A stretch of DNA of 63,531 nt, filler included, from Globobulimina sp. (lineage: Eukaryota): assembly GCA_003354225.1 (NCBI GenBank). It is 24 parts of 24 records of this genome, joined end to end, with 100 filler letters (N's around TTAATTAATTAA, not from the genome) between each part and the next. Parts side by side here need not be neighbours in the genome. Positions count along the whole stretch, not along the records: positions 45,081 to 47,631 come from PIVH01006035.1; positions 47,732 to 50,281 come from PIVH01006036.1; positions 50,382 to 52,931 come from PIVH01006037.1; positions 53,032 to 55,581 come from PIVH01006038.1; positions 55,682 to 58,231 come from PIVH01006039.1; 19 more parts are not named here. The stretch is one strand, 5' to 3'. This document shows positions 47,160-58,331 of this stretch, in pieces; position 1 is the first letter of the stretch, and every line of letters begins with the position of its first letter. The notes under the pieces were generated by a model that was not told the origin of the DNA, ran no database searches, and worked only from the letters and a program-made list of their open reading frames with translations. The position numbers were made by a program, and so were the translations under genes.

Positions 47160-47560
47160 TTAAAAATGTTTAATTTTATGAAACATATCGTCAATTTTTT
47201 TATTCCTATCAGCAAGGCAAAATTTCAATGTTTCTTCAACGTGAGACGCAATCGACTCAGAGTCGTTCAAATCAAATCGTAATACTTCCCTAAAAAAGGA
47301 GACATCCGATTCAGTGATCAATTCTGGCATTTGACTCGGTACCATTAACAATAACAAATTCAATAAAAACTTGTATCGAATGCGGATTTCTAAATAGGCC
47401 GCAAAAAGCCACCTGACAAACTGTGCATAATTTATTTGTTTCTGATTGGAACTCGCTTTGGAAGCGGAAGCGCCGCCATTTTCTATACAATATTTCATTG
47501 CTTTTGTAAACACAAAGGGTGTTTTTTCGCGTTTCCATTTGACCAAACCATGCGCAATCG
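47160..47560 (-). CDS. PI3-kinase catalytic domain, C-terminal fragment
   Basis: KREKTPFVFT..M, AYLEIR, LNLLLLM....MPEL....DV.F....L and terminal DMFH.IKH. Confidence 0.8.
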
Positions 47561-47883
47561 TCAAAATCACATGGCTCGTCACATCCCAGATATTGGCACA
47601 TGCACTGAATGCCGAAGATGAAATGGGGACTNNNNNNNNNNNNNNNNNNNNNNNNNNNNNNNNNNNNNNNNNNNNTTAATTAATTAANNNNNNNNNNNNN
47701 NNNNNNNNNNNNNNNNNNNNNNNNNNNNNNNTCTTTTTTCCCTCCCACCCTACCCAGAGATTGGTATAGGTTTAATGTTATTGGTTATTGTCAATATGTA
47801 TTATAAAGTATAATTAATTAAAGTTAAATTAATATTATTTATCCACATCGATAATTGATTATAAAACGTTTTGATTTCGGGTT

Positions 47884-48981
47884 TTAAACGAAATCGATGC
47901 AATGAGTCTTATTATCTTCTGCTTTATACTCGTTGTTATAATGCAGATTGTGAATAATATTTATTTTCGAGATATTATTTTTGTATTTATTAATTTCATT
48001 GTATTTATTGATGGTATTTGGCGCTTGGAATAATATCATTTTATTGCGAATGTCGTAACAATCGATGGCAATATCAATGGGCACATAATTATTCTTCTTG
48101 GTATAGTCTCGGAATATGATCCCAATGTAATTCGTAACATTGTCGCCTATGTTGACCAATAATATCATATCGATATAATATATGCTCTTATCCTCCGAAA
48201 ACGAGATAATTGGTCGCAAAATATTTGCGTTTCTTATTGCTGCATACAACTTTTGTGCAGATATCGAATATCCGCAGGATCCATAGCGTGGAGGAATTGA
48301 TTTTGTTTTAATACATTTCAATTCTGCATATTGTTGCGATGAGATATTATTTTTTATAAAGAGTAATTTCTCCATATTGACACTAAATATTTCCTGTTTT
48401 AATTTTGTATATGATCCAGTTGGTAAATCGCACAATTTTATGGCATATTTTTCTTTTATTTGGTCACAATTCAGAAAATATTCATTCATTTTCCATTTCT
48501 CGATTATTTTTTTATTATTATTTGACGGCGTTTTGTCATTTAAGATACCTATGATATATAATACATTTTTTTTATTATTATTATACTTTTTATAATGTAA
48601 ATCTGTACAAAATATTAAAATTTCATCAAAGTGTTTGTTATTTTTGAATTTAAATATTCGTAAATTACAATGGATTGCGCCCATATTTGATCTACGGCGC
48701 AAATAATAAAATAATTGTTTATTGGATTCGAATTTTTGCAATAAATAATTTTCATAAATAGCTCTCTCTGTGTATTGTTTGGGAATAAAGATAATTTTAT
48801 CTGAGATAGTTTCTTCATTATAATATTCATAATCAACAACAAGATCTTGTTTATTGTTATTATTTATAGCGTTGTTAGCATTATTGTTTATAGTATATGC
48901 CGTTTTGCCCAGTCTATAAACACCATATACAGTCACTGCGCTGCTCACTAAGCCTGGGAATAGGTACCGGTTTGACGACAT
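47884..48981 (-). CDS. Hypothetical protein with N-terminal hydrophobic anchor, DUF3825-like
   Basis: 365-aa intronless ORF. ILIFCTDL...LYII and LRPIISF....IDMILLV......IGIIF......Y.PI.IAID..DI.NK..L resemble the DUF3825 pattern (weak). Confidence 0.6.
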   Translation of the reverse strand: MSSNRYLFPGLVSSAVTVYGVYRLGKTAYTINNNANNAINNNNKQDLVVDYEYYNEETISDKIIFIPKQYTERAIYENYLLQKFESNKQLFYYLRRRSNMGAIHCNLRIFKFKNNKHFDEILIFCTDLHYKKYNNNKKNVLYIIGILNDKTPSNNNKKIIEKWKMNEYFLNCDQIKEKYAIKLCDLPTGSYTKLKQEIFSVNMEKLLFIKNNISSQQYAELKCIKTKSIPPRYGSCGYSISAQKLYAAIRNANILRPIISFSEDKSIYYIDMILLVNIGDNVTNYIGIIFRDYTKKNNYVPIDIAIDCYDIRNKMILFQAPNTINKYNEINKYKNNISKINIIHNLHYNNEYKAEDNKTHCIDFV

Positions 48982-49184
48982 GCTTCGTTACAAAGTAGAG
49001 ACAACTCAAGTTGGTTTAGGTGGTGACTGTGACAGCGGGGGGAGGGATAAAAACATTATGCTTTTATTTGGTGGGATTGACGGTGTTTAAAATCTTAAAT
49101 GACTTTATATTTAAAGTTTCAAGCGGAATTAATGAATGCAATGAAGCGAACAAGAAATGTAATTGAAATAAATTAGGGTTTCAA

Positions 49185-49634
49185 TCAGTTTTTTAATGTT
49201 TTTAGAAATCTTTGAGTATTGATATGACCATAAACACGTACGGCGCAAATACAGATATAAATAAAAGCAGTCACAGCCAAACGACGCGTTTCTGTTGAAA
49301 TGGCCAGCAGTATAAAAGCACATGCAATATGTGGTAAACTTGTGATAATGCTCGCGATGTGAAATATTTTGTAAAATAAATTATTTCTTGAAAATACAGC
49401 AATTACACCACAAACTACTGATATTCCACCAAAGATTGAAGTTGGCGCCAATAAAATGCGCCAGACTTTCTCTTGAAACTCATCTTTGGGTTCACTCAAC
49501 GGCCCAATAAATATGAACCATGTTGCAAGTGCAAACATTAATATTTCACAAATCACAGTTAATTTTACACCATTTGCAATTGAAAAACATCCACAGCATT
49601 TTCCATTAGTATCATTTTTGTTTGTTTTTAACAT
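49185..49634 (-). CDS. Small 4-TM membrane protein
   Basis: 149 aa. KCCGCFSI..GV leader followed by four hydrophobic helices. Confidence 0.7.
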   Translation of the reverse strand: MLKTNKNDTNGKCCGCFSIANGVKLTVICEILMFALATWFIFIGPLSEPKDEFQEKVWRILLAPTSIFGGISVVCGVIAVFSRNNLFYKIFHIASIITSLPHIACAFILLAISTETRRLAVTAFIYICICAVRVYGHINTQRFLKTLKN

Positions 49635-50774
49635 TTGTGGCTGTGCTGGCTTAGTTGTCTTGTTTCTTACTATTAGTTTGGTTAAATGTTACTGTATAGA
49701 ATGGAATCTCCGATGTGCGTAATTTTATTATTGTACAAAATTGATTCTCCGAACTGCGAAATTCCGAGAAATACAAATAATATCTTCCAACCGCACAGCT
49801 GCAGAAACCATCTCCTTCGTAGTCTAAGTCTATTTGCTTTGCACGAATTGTATCCTTCCATTTTATTAAGGCAAAGTTAACGAAACAAAAAAATGACTGA
49901 TATGAGACCAATAACGATTGGCAATCTTTTACCATCATTATCCATTGCAGCGAGTAAGAGGGCACAGGATTTGTACATAATGATATTTATACTGTACACA
50001 AATTAAAACAACACAAAATAATAATAAATAAAACTGTTAAAACAAATCAATACTAATTATATAACTGAACGTTGTGTAAGCGACGAAGGTTTCATTCAAT
50101 TTGAGAAGGACTCAAGTATCAGACTAAGAAGTTTTTATTGTTTGTTTGTGTTTTTGTTTCTTTCTTTTTTCCCTCCCACCCTACCCAGAGATTGGTATAG
50201 GTTTAATGTTATTGGTTATTGTCAATATGTATTATAAAGTATAATTAATTAAAGTTAAATTAATATTATTTATCCACATCGNNNNNNNNNNNNNNNNNNN
50301 NNNNNNNNNNNNNNNNNNNNNNNNNTTAATTAATTAANNNNNNNNNNNNNNNNNNNNNNNNNNNNNNNNNNNNNNNNNNNNTTTTTTTACGAATTAAAAC
50401 ATTGAATTTTCAGTTTAAAGCTGAAACTAAAAAATCAGTTTAATTTTTTTAGTTTCAACATTTTAATTTGAAATCTCAAACTGGAATATGCAATATTTCG
50501 AAAACAAATGATTCTACTTATGATTAGGCGATATTTCGGAAAGAATATTATAGAAATAAACTAAAAACAGCAATGTCATTATAAATTAAGATTACATACC
50601 AAAAAAACACAATAAATAAGCTTATTTTATGAATGCTTGATAGAACATCCAAAAAACAGAAAATATTAAAGAAATTATTATTATTACTATATTCATGCTT
50701 GCTTTGCTGTTCAGGCAAAAGAAATAAAAAATAAAAGAAAAAAAATGTTTGTAAAAAAGGAATATAAAAAATAA

Positions 50775-52574
50775 TTATTTTAATTTTAATAAAATTTTTG
50801 ATGTTGATACTAATTCACTTAATATTACCGGATCAGACAAACCTAAACCTTGCAATGCTGAGAATTTGCGACCTAAGTTCATACATTTTTTTTCATCAAA
50901 TAATACCTCCTCACAAAGCCTTACATCGTCTTTTTTCTGTCCATTATCTTCATCGAATGGAGAATAATTCATACGAGTTATAAATGTTAAACATTTGTCA
51001 ATATTTTGTTCGTTTTGTTCACTCACAGAATGCGAATGATTTAAATTATATTTTTCGTTATTTCCATGTATGAATGACTGTGCTTTGTGTAATAATGCTG
51101 TATCAAGATACGGATTATTTGCATAATTTGTATTTACTGATGTTTCTTCTGTTGATTCGTCACATATCGATGGTGAATTTAATTCGTTATTTAACTCATT
51201 ATTTAATTCATTTTTATTATCATCATTTTCATTTTTCTCAGTTTTATTTATCTCATTTTTTCGTATATCCTTTATTAATCCATGAACGTCTTGAACTGCG
51301 ACAGTTATTTGCTCTGTCAATTTATTTTTATTTGTTAATTTCTTAATTTGTTTCTCTGCATTTTCCAGTTTTTGTTTTACATATTCTGAGCCGAATTCTT
51401 TTAATGATTGATTTGCTAAAATTGTAAACAAAAAAAGTATAATTATATAATTGTAAAAAAAAAAAAAATGTAAACCTGTCGATGTTCCTTTTTTTGCTAA
51501 TTTTTTAATTTTATTTTTCGCCGCGATATATTTGCTAATATAACTCTTGTCCGTTGATTCTTTATTTGTTGTGTCTTCCCACGATGTAAATTTTGATTTA
51601 ATTGACGCAATATTTCGATATGGTATATCACGGTATTTATTTGGATATTCTTTTCTTAATTTATACAAAAAACCGGCAGAAATACGGGCAACATCGGTGG
51701 CACTCCAACCGTACGCTTGATTATATGTATATTGCTCAGGAGCTGTTGCTAAATCATTAAGGACACCAATAAGTGCTTCCTTTTCAAATGATCTCCAAAG
51801 TGTATTGGATTTATTTACAGGTTCATATTCGACACCTTTTTGTACGGCTTTTTTCGACCGTAAATTTTCAAGTTGTTTATCACTGTTTGGCATTTTATCT
51901 GGATAATAATTTGCTGCATCAAATTCAAAATCCGTTCCTGAATCACTTACTTTTAACATTTTTTCAGAATATTTAAAGTCAAATTTTGCATTGATATTTT
52001 TTAATCGATTCTCAATTGATTGCTTTTTTTGTATTAATTTTCTGATTTTTTTTTTCTTTTTCTTGTCTTTTTTAATTTGCTGTTCATTCGGTGCATCAGA
52101 CTCAGAATTTGAGGATGAACAGTAATAATGTTGTTTTTTATTTGTTTGTTTTGATGACTGTTTTTTTTTGTTTTTTTTTCCGTTATTTATATTTTCATTT
52201 GGCTCATAATTATCATCATCATAATCAGTAGACTCAATATCTTCATTTGCCTCAAAATCATAATAATGTTCATTTAATCGTGTCCGTTTAGGTGTTTTTC
52301 TTTGCGTTCCAGACACTGTATAACATCGTGGACATTGCCAATTGCTTCCGCGATATGCGTTACATACTTCTTCTAATGTACAGCCATATTCTGTAAATAA
52401 ACATAAATCATGCCATGATTTGCTACACATTGTACATTCTAATCGTAATAATCGCCGACCGCTACTATTGTCAATTAATGTTCTATTCGCACAACACTCA
52501 AATATTAATGAATTGAAAACATATTTAGATCGGGTACCGTATCTGTGACCGGTGTGAGGATGAATATTATGCAT
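50775..52574 (-). CDS. PHD-like zinc finger + Myb/SANT-like nuclear protein
   Basis: CC...LECTMCSKSWHDLC...WQCPRC, then WRSFEKEALI...RNIASIKSKF. A probable in-frame 60-nt intron at 51475..51416 explains the odd LHFFFFYNYIIILFLFTIL stretch. Confidence 0.7.
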   Translation of the reverse strand: MHNIHPHTGHRYGTRSKYVFNSLIFECCANRTLIDNSSGRRLLRLECTMCSKSWHDLCLFTEYGCTLEEVCNAYRGSNWQCPRCYTVSGTQRKTPKRTRLNEHYYDFEANEDIESTDYDDDNYEPNENINNGKKNKKKQSSKQTNKKQHYYCSSSNSESDAPNEQQIKKDKKKKKKIRKLIQKKQSIENRLKNINAKFDFKYSEKMLKVSDSGTDFEFDAANYYPDKMPNSDKQLENLRSKKAVQKGVEYEPVNKSNTLWRSFEKEALIGVLNDLATAPEQYTYNQAYGWSATDVARISAGFLYKLRKEYPNKYRDIPYRNIASIKSKFTSWEDTTNKESTDKSYISKYIAAKNKIKKLAKKGTSTGLHFFFFYNYIIILFLFTILANQSLKEFGSEYVKQKLENAEKQIKKLTNKNKLTEQITVAVQDVHGLIKDIRKNEINKTEKNENDDNKNELNNELNNELNSPSICDESTEETSVNTNYANNPYLDTALLHKAQSFIHGNNEKYNLNHSHSVSEQNEQNIDKCLTFITRMNYSPFDEDNGQKKDDVRLCEEVLFDEKKCMNLGRKFSALQGLGLSDPVILSELVSTSKILLKLK

Positions 52575-52650
52575 TAATAATCACACAATTAATTGACTGG
52601 CTCGATGTGGACTCTGTTTAGCTCGATGTAGGAAATGTGTTTGAACAAAA

Positions 52651-52800
52651 AAACCCCTTTAGAGTCAATGACACTCGATCACCATGGCTCGAAGCAGTCG
52701 AACTCAAGGCGGATTCGACCGGATAAACCCCTTTAGAGATACTATACGCTCGACCATAGGCTCCAAGCACCCGAACTCAAGGCGAATTCGACCGGATAAA
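52651..52800. repeat. Two imperfect ~74-bp tandem copies
   Basis: AAACCCCTTTAGAG...CGAACTCAAGGCG(G/A)ATTCGACCGGATAAA occurs twice. Confidence 0.9.
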
Positions 52801-53031
52801 TTCCAAAGGTCTATTACCCGTTGGATATCAGAGCAGATGCTACAATCAATGATATCATAAGATCACCTGTCATTAATCAATTCGATGCATCATCAATTGA
52901 ATTGTTGTTTGATGGTCAGAACCTATTACGTNNNNNNNNNNNNNNNNNNNNNNNNNNNNNNNNNNNNNNNNNNNNTTAATTAATTAANNNNNNNNNNNNN
53001 NNNNNNNNNNNNNNNNNNNNNNNNNNNNNNN

Positions 53032-55581
53032 CAATAAGAGAACATGGAAAAAAATAAATAAAAAAAGATCAACAATTGAACGTTATAAAAGAAATGAAAT
53101 ACGAGAAATTGAAGCATTGATTGATAAATATTGCAAAAAGTTAATATTATATTTTATATATTAACATAAAATATATACTATATGTTAAAAAAGTGAACCA
53201 CAACGAAAGAAAGAAATATATTTGAAACTTTCTAAAAGAAATATTAATGATTTCGCTCCAAAATTCAATGTTTCAGAGACATTACAATTAATGGCTGATG
53301 TTGGGCTACAACCAAAGATTGTGGATAAATGTATGTCTCTTTATGTTTGTTTAGTGGCGTTTTCTAATCCAATTGGTTTACTAACGCAGTGCAACCGATA
53401 ATAAAAGAGAAATTAACCTGGTCTCTTTTTGCAAGTCATGGCAAAATTAATCAATTATATCAATCATTTATTTTATCATCATCAAAAATAACGCCAATGG
53501 TATTGTATCGAAATAAAACAAGCAAAGAATGGAAAATGGGAAATAAAACTGTTGTAACCAATGTATATATAGTTGAGGAATGGCAAGAAGCATTGGCATT
53601 GAATATAAAAAAAAATATTGACAATGAAGCATATAAAATACCAGATGGTGTTGATTCTGATTCAATTGTATATCACATTGGCGGTGATGCCGGGCAAAAA
53701 ATATTTCAAATGTCAATATCATCACTAACATGTTCTCATCCGAATAGTCCGAAAAATTCCGTTGTTTTAACAGCGTATGAAAATCCAGCAACAGACTCAT
53801 ACTATAATTTATCCAAAATTATTAATTATAATAAAATGGAAGCAGCTATGGGTCGTCCAATGATTGATATTATTACCTTAACGAAAGGAACGCAAATTAA
53901 ATCATATATTTCTGTATTAGCATTGGATCAATGGGGACAAACTACATTAAATTATTTAAAAGAAGCTCAGCATGAAACTTCTAAACCACAAAATCGTCCG
54001 AATCCCCAAACAGACCCAATCGGCGCATTGAAATATGATTTTGATTGTGAGTACGTTCAAGCTCATTATCCAGCAAAACATTTGCAAATAATATCAGCTC
54101 AACACTTATCTGGGTTTGTTGCAAATCATGATTGGGTTAAATATTGTAAATGGAGAGATATTGATGATACCACTGATAGAAAAATGTACGTTCAGCATGG
54201 ATTGTTGGATAGCAAATTCAGTGGAATAATATGTATTGAAGATAAAGGTAATGTTGTTTGTAATTTGAGGATACGAATTGTTGAAAAATCACCATTAAAT
54301 GATAAAGTTGAAATATATGGTCGGGGCCTTTATTATCCATCAATTCCATTAGATAACGTAACAAATATTGTGTCGAAAAATAATAAAAAATTTATTGTAT
54401 GCGATATTAATAATCCATTGACATCAAATGATAATTCTGATTCTGCAATTAAAATATGTTGGATACCACGAAAAGGTAAACCAAAAATCGGTGGTGACTT
54501 AGATTTTATTTGCAAAGTAGCTGGACACCGTGGATCACGGTGTAAATATCCCTCATATTTATGTGATATAATATGTGATAAAATTCGTTCAACGGATAAT
54601 ATTAATGGTTCAATTCAAACAAATTGCAAATATAGAACAAATGAATCTGTTTGGAATAATTTTACTAAATATTTAAAATGTGATGATTTAATTGAATGTA
54701 AAGGCATAGGAAATAAACCATTAATACCAATATATCCATGGTGTTGGACATTGCCTACTTTCCATATTCCCGAAGGTATTATGTTTAAACAACAACAAGC
54801 ATTGCTATATAGAATGCAACAACAAACAAATATGAATGAAGCACAAAACAATGATGACTTACAAAAATTAATTCAATTATATGATAAAAAAAGAAAAATA
54901 GATACTGAAATAATAGAATATGAACAGACAGATAAAATACTGGATTTTGGTTATGGTCTCGGAGATATTGATATGACTGTTTCTATGCTCACATATAAAC
55001 TACAAGATGAAATTGCAAACATTGATCAAAAAATTGCCCAACAAATGGAATTATTATCAGCGGAAAATGGGTATAAAAAAGTGTTTGAATACATGGATAG
55101 TAAAGGAATGATACAAAAGCATTATTGTCCAGGATCATTGCAAGGCTCTGTGGTTAAAAAAAATGTAGAACATTATGTGGAGTTATCTGAGAAGGTTGAA
55201 AACGAAATTGAGGTAAAATTAGGACAACAATATAAAATTTTGATGGATAAGTTTTCAATAATTTATTATGGGATCGCTAAGCATGGCAATAAAGAGTTAA
55301 ATGATCATCGGAAACAGCAAAAAATGATTAAAATATATGGATCAAAATATTCTGAAGCAGAAATAGCAAAAATTGAAACAGCTGTTTCAGAATTTATACC
55401 TTTATATTATGAGTTTCTAGACTCATTTGGGCCTCCTGCAGCAAAAAAAAATGAGGGACAATGTAACTCTGGAATTAAGGTTCATTATTTGGAGCATTTG
55501 ATTGATGTGATAATGTTTGTAAAAGGGTTGAGATTATCATATCTTAATGAGGAGCGCATAGAACATATGGTTAAGTATGTT
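53032..55581 (+). mobile_element. DDE transposase of Transib/Chapaev/RAG1-like type, intron-containing, partial
   Basis: IGGDAG...PNS..N...TDSY.NL, IGGDLDF...AGH.G..C.YP..LC, PTFHI.EG and KVH.LEH......LSYLNEE.IEH. Introns 53140..53193 and 53331..53389. Confidence 0.75.
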
Positions 55582-55693
55582 NNNNNNNNNNNNNNNNNNN
55601 NNNNNNNNNNNNNNNNNNNNNNNNNTTAATTAATTAANNNNNNNNNNNNNNNNNNNNNNNNNNNNNNNNNNNNNNNNNNNNGCAATTTCCGCC

Positions 55694-56478
55694 ATGGTTT
55701 ATCAACTAGCGAAAATCTTCACAATTGTTTTTGCAAAATCATCAATAATCATGAGCATCAAACGCAAATCTACGCCTTTTTTAATCAGTGCACTTTTATT
55801 TTGTATCAGCTTATCAATATTGATGTGCCCATATTTCTACATGAATCACACACCATCCTCACGGACCTCACTGTATCAAAAACTACCGAATCTACAACAG
55901 AAAGCGAGGCATTCTTATTCAGTGCCAGCGATTCCTTCCCTTAACATTTTAGGTCCCCCCAAATGTGGCACCAGAACCTTTGTGAATAGGTTATCAAAAT
56001 ATGATAATGTAGTGCAGTTTGGATGGGAGAGAGGTTTCTTTAATGGGCCAAATGTCTGGAGATGCTATCCAAGATTGAACACAACGCAATGGACTGAATA
56101 TATCAATGATTATGATGCAGACATTCAGACATTATCAAGCATCGTAGAAATAATTCAATCCCATCGAAAGAATACAATATGCACAGTCCGGCAGTACATC
56201 TCGCATTGGAATGATGAGAGCAAATTTAATCTGACAAAAAGATATGCAGACAATTATACTGAATTCATCCAAAAAGGTTATCAAAACATCAATTGTATGC
56301 ATCCAAAGTATGCATCAAAAGAATACAGTCCGTCACTTGTGGATAATATCGGATTGACATCAAATCTGAGTAAATATTGCTATTTGATTGAAAAAGGACC
56401 ATCGCAATCACGTGTGCCTTGGGTCCCTATTGTTTACGCAAACTTGCTGCCGAAAACAAAGCTGATCACAATATTGAG
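55694..56478 (+). CDS. Golgi-type sulfotransferase, 5' part
   Basis: Type II TM anchor, 5'-PSB loop ILGPPKCGTRT and EKGP......P..KLITILR, ending at a GT donor (56479). Confidence 0.85.
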
Positions 56479-56801
56479 GTATAACCACATACAAAATATG
56501 CAAAAGCAATCTGTTAATTACTTTTTACTCTGTTAGTTAACTCAACTATACCACTTGACATTTCTACCTCCACTATACCTCCAGTTTTTTTCGAAAATTT
56601 AAATGCATGCATATATAGTTAAATGCTCCATAAAAAAATATTGTATGTTTACTATGTTGTGTCTAAAGATGTATATTGTTGTTTTCTGTATTCAAAATGA
56701 AAACTTGTGATGTTTATCACCTTGTTCACAGCTATAAAACGTACACAACCGAAACACAAACAAAAAATTATAGTTTTTTTAAATTGTGATTAAAAATAAA
56801 A

Positions 56802-56864
56802 TGTGATGATGGGATTTGAACCCAAACTTCTTTAATTAGATGCTCTCATTGAGCTGTCATCACA
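56802..56864 (-). ncRNA. tRNA-like module with shortened anticodon arm
   Basis: TGTGATG/CATCACA acceptor-like stem, GCTC-AATGA-GAGC D arm, TGGG-TTCAAAT-CCCA T arm. Only a 3-bp TCT/AGA middle arm. Confidence 0.65.
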
Positions 56865-56890
56865 ATACATTACACGCGTGGGAATGTCCA

Positions 56891-57043
56891 GGTTGCTTTG
56901 TCCACCGTGGTTATGTACACAGACCACAGTGGTTATGTCCACAGTGGTTGCTTTGTCCACAGACTACGTTGGTTATGTCAACGGTTGCTTTGTCCACGGT
57001 TATTGTGTCCACGGTGGTTATGTCCACGGTGGGTCAGTCCACG
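56891..57043. repeat. Minisatellite of ~15-bp units (GTCCACRGTGGTTAT-like)
   Basis: About 10 degenerate copies. GC-rich relative to the flanks. Confidence 0.9.
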
Positions 57044-57500
57044 TTGCATATGATAGTGCAAACAGTGCGTGTTTTGGTGTTTGGGATTATATAGATATCC
57101 TTGTCCAATCTCAATAATAGCAATGTAAATAAATAAAATAATAGCAATCTAGATTATAAATGTAAATATCGATATAATGTAAATAATAGCAATGTAGCCT
57201 TGTCCAATCTCATCTATACTCCTGAATAATGATACAAAGAGCTGTATATGCTCAGTTTTCCATTAATAACTGGTACCAATTGGTACAAATCCACCATAAT
57301 ACTCATAAGGAGCTGTGTATACTCCGTTACCGTCTAAGCTGTGCCATGGTGGTAAAAAAGAAAAACTGGAGGTAACTGGAGGTAGACAATTTTATCATGG
57401 GTATCGTATATCAGCTTCCAGACTGTTCTAGAACCTCGTAGCAGTACACAGGTCGGGCAAATATACCCATTATCATTTTTTGAACGTTACAAATATATAG

Positions 57501-57888
57501 GACCAAGAACGAAGAAGATAGAAAAATGCTCATATTAGTCATCTATACTGACAAATATCAAAACAAGTTCCATGTGGACAAAGCTGCCACACCGTTAACA
57601 CAAATGGGTTAATTTTTAAAAGGGACACAATTAGAAATTTGGACCAAACAATTCGATGATCACTCTGTAACATTGGAAAAGGTCATTGGGATTTACAAAA
57701 CAAACGAACTCTTTGTTCGCTTTAAAGATTTTGGCTTAGGATTACAAACTACAAAATTATTGAATGGGATGATTAAAAGGGAAATAAATAAAGCAAATAA
57801 AAACTATAAAGAAGATAAAAAAGATAAAAACTATAAAGAAGAGAGTATAGGTTGCATCAAAAACATATGGTGTTCCTTTTTTGTCTGA
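57501..57888 (+). pseudogene. Possible SAM-like exon with an in-frame TAA
   Basis: After an AG at 57500 the frame reads ...TPLTQMG*FLKGTQLEIWTKQFDDHSVTLE...FKDFGL. Confidence 0.35.
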
Positions 57889-58331
57889 GTGACATGTGTA
57901 GATTTATCAAAATTTGTAATAGGAAGCAAATTGTGCAGTAAATAAGTGTATAATATTAGAACATGACAAAGAATAAATATAATGTTTTTTTATTGTTGTA
58001 TACTTGTATTAATAAATGTAAATTAATATAAAAAATTATAGAAACGAAACTGTAACGTCATAATTACGATAATTCGCATGCATTTATTTTGTATATTCGT
58101 TTGTTGCATTCGTACTTTCCTTCGTATCTATTCTTGACATATTAAGTGTGTGTGTTTTGATTAACACATTCTCGATGCACCAATATAACTGTCAGAGCAT
58201 GATTTTGACATACAATTGATATTTATTGCATNNNNNNNNNNNNNNNNNNNNNNNNNNNNNNNNNNNNNNNNNNNNTTAATTAATTAANNNNNNNNNNNNN
58301 NNNNNNNNNNNNNNNNNNNNNNNNNNNNNNN

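Larger units (their letters stand above)
47732..50281. repeat. Contig with identical 119-bp terminal direct repeats (circular or tandem unit of 2,431 bp)
   Basis: 47732-47850 is identical to 50163-50281. Confidence 0.97.
56563..57386. mobile_element. Putative non-autonomous TIR element (MITE-like)
   Basis: TCTACCTCCACTATACCTCCAGTTTTT (56563-56589) matches the reverse complement of 57361-57386 (TCTACCTCCAGTTACCTCCAGTTTTT). Interior is non-coding. Confidence 0.65.

Noticed and set aside
47100-47631. Convergent stops 2 bp apart and a PI3K fragment lacking the DFG region
   Set aside because: Near a contig end and best explained by a chimeric join or gene fragment. No support for a pseudokinase.
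50775-55581. RAG2-like (PHD) plus RAG1-like gene pair
   Set aside because: A spacer separates them, so there is no linkage evidence, and the PHD protein lacks a kelch propeller.
56891-57043. Short repeats that might be a CRISPR array, and the ORFs 56840..57094 and 56878..57117
   Set aside because: Contiguous degenerate 15-mers with no unique spacers and no cas genes. The ORFs are by-products of the minisatellite.
57501-57888. In-frame TAA as evidence of stop-codon reassignment
   Set aside because: Isolated case. Many well-supported genes here end in TAA and long ORFs read through with the standard code.
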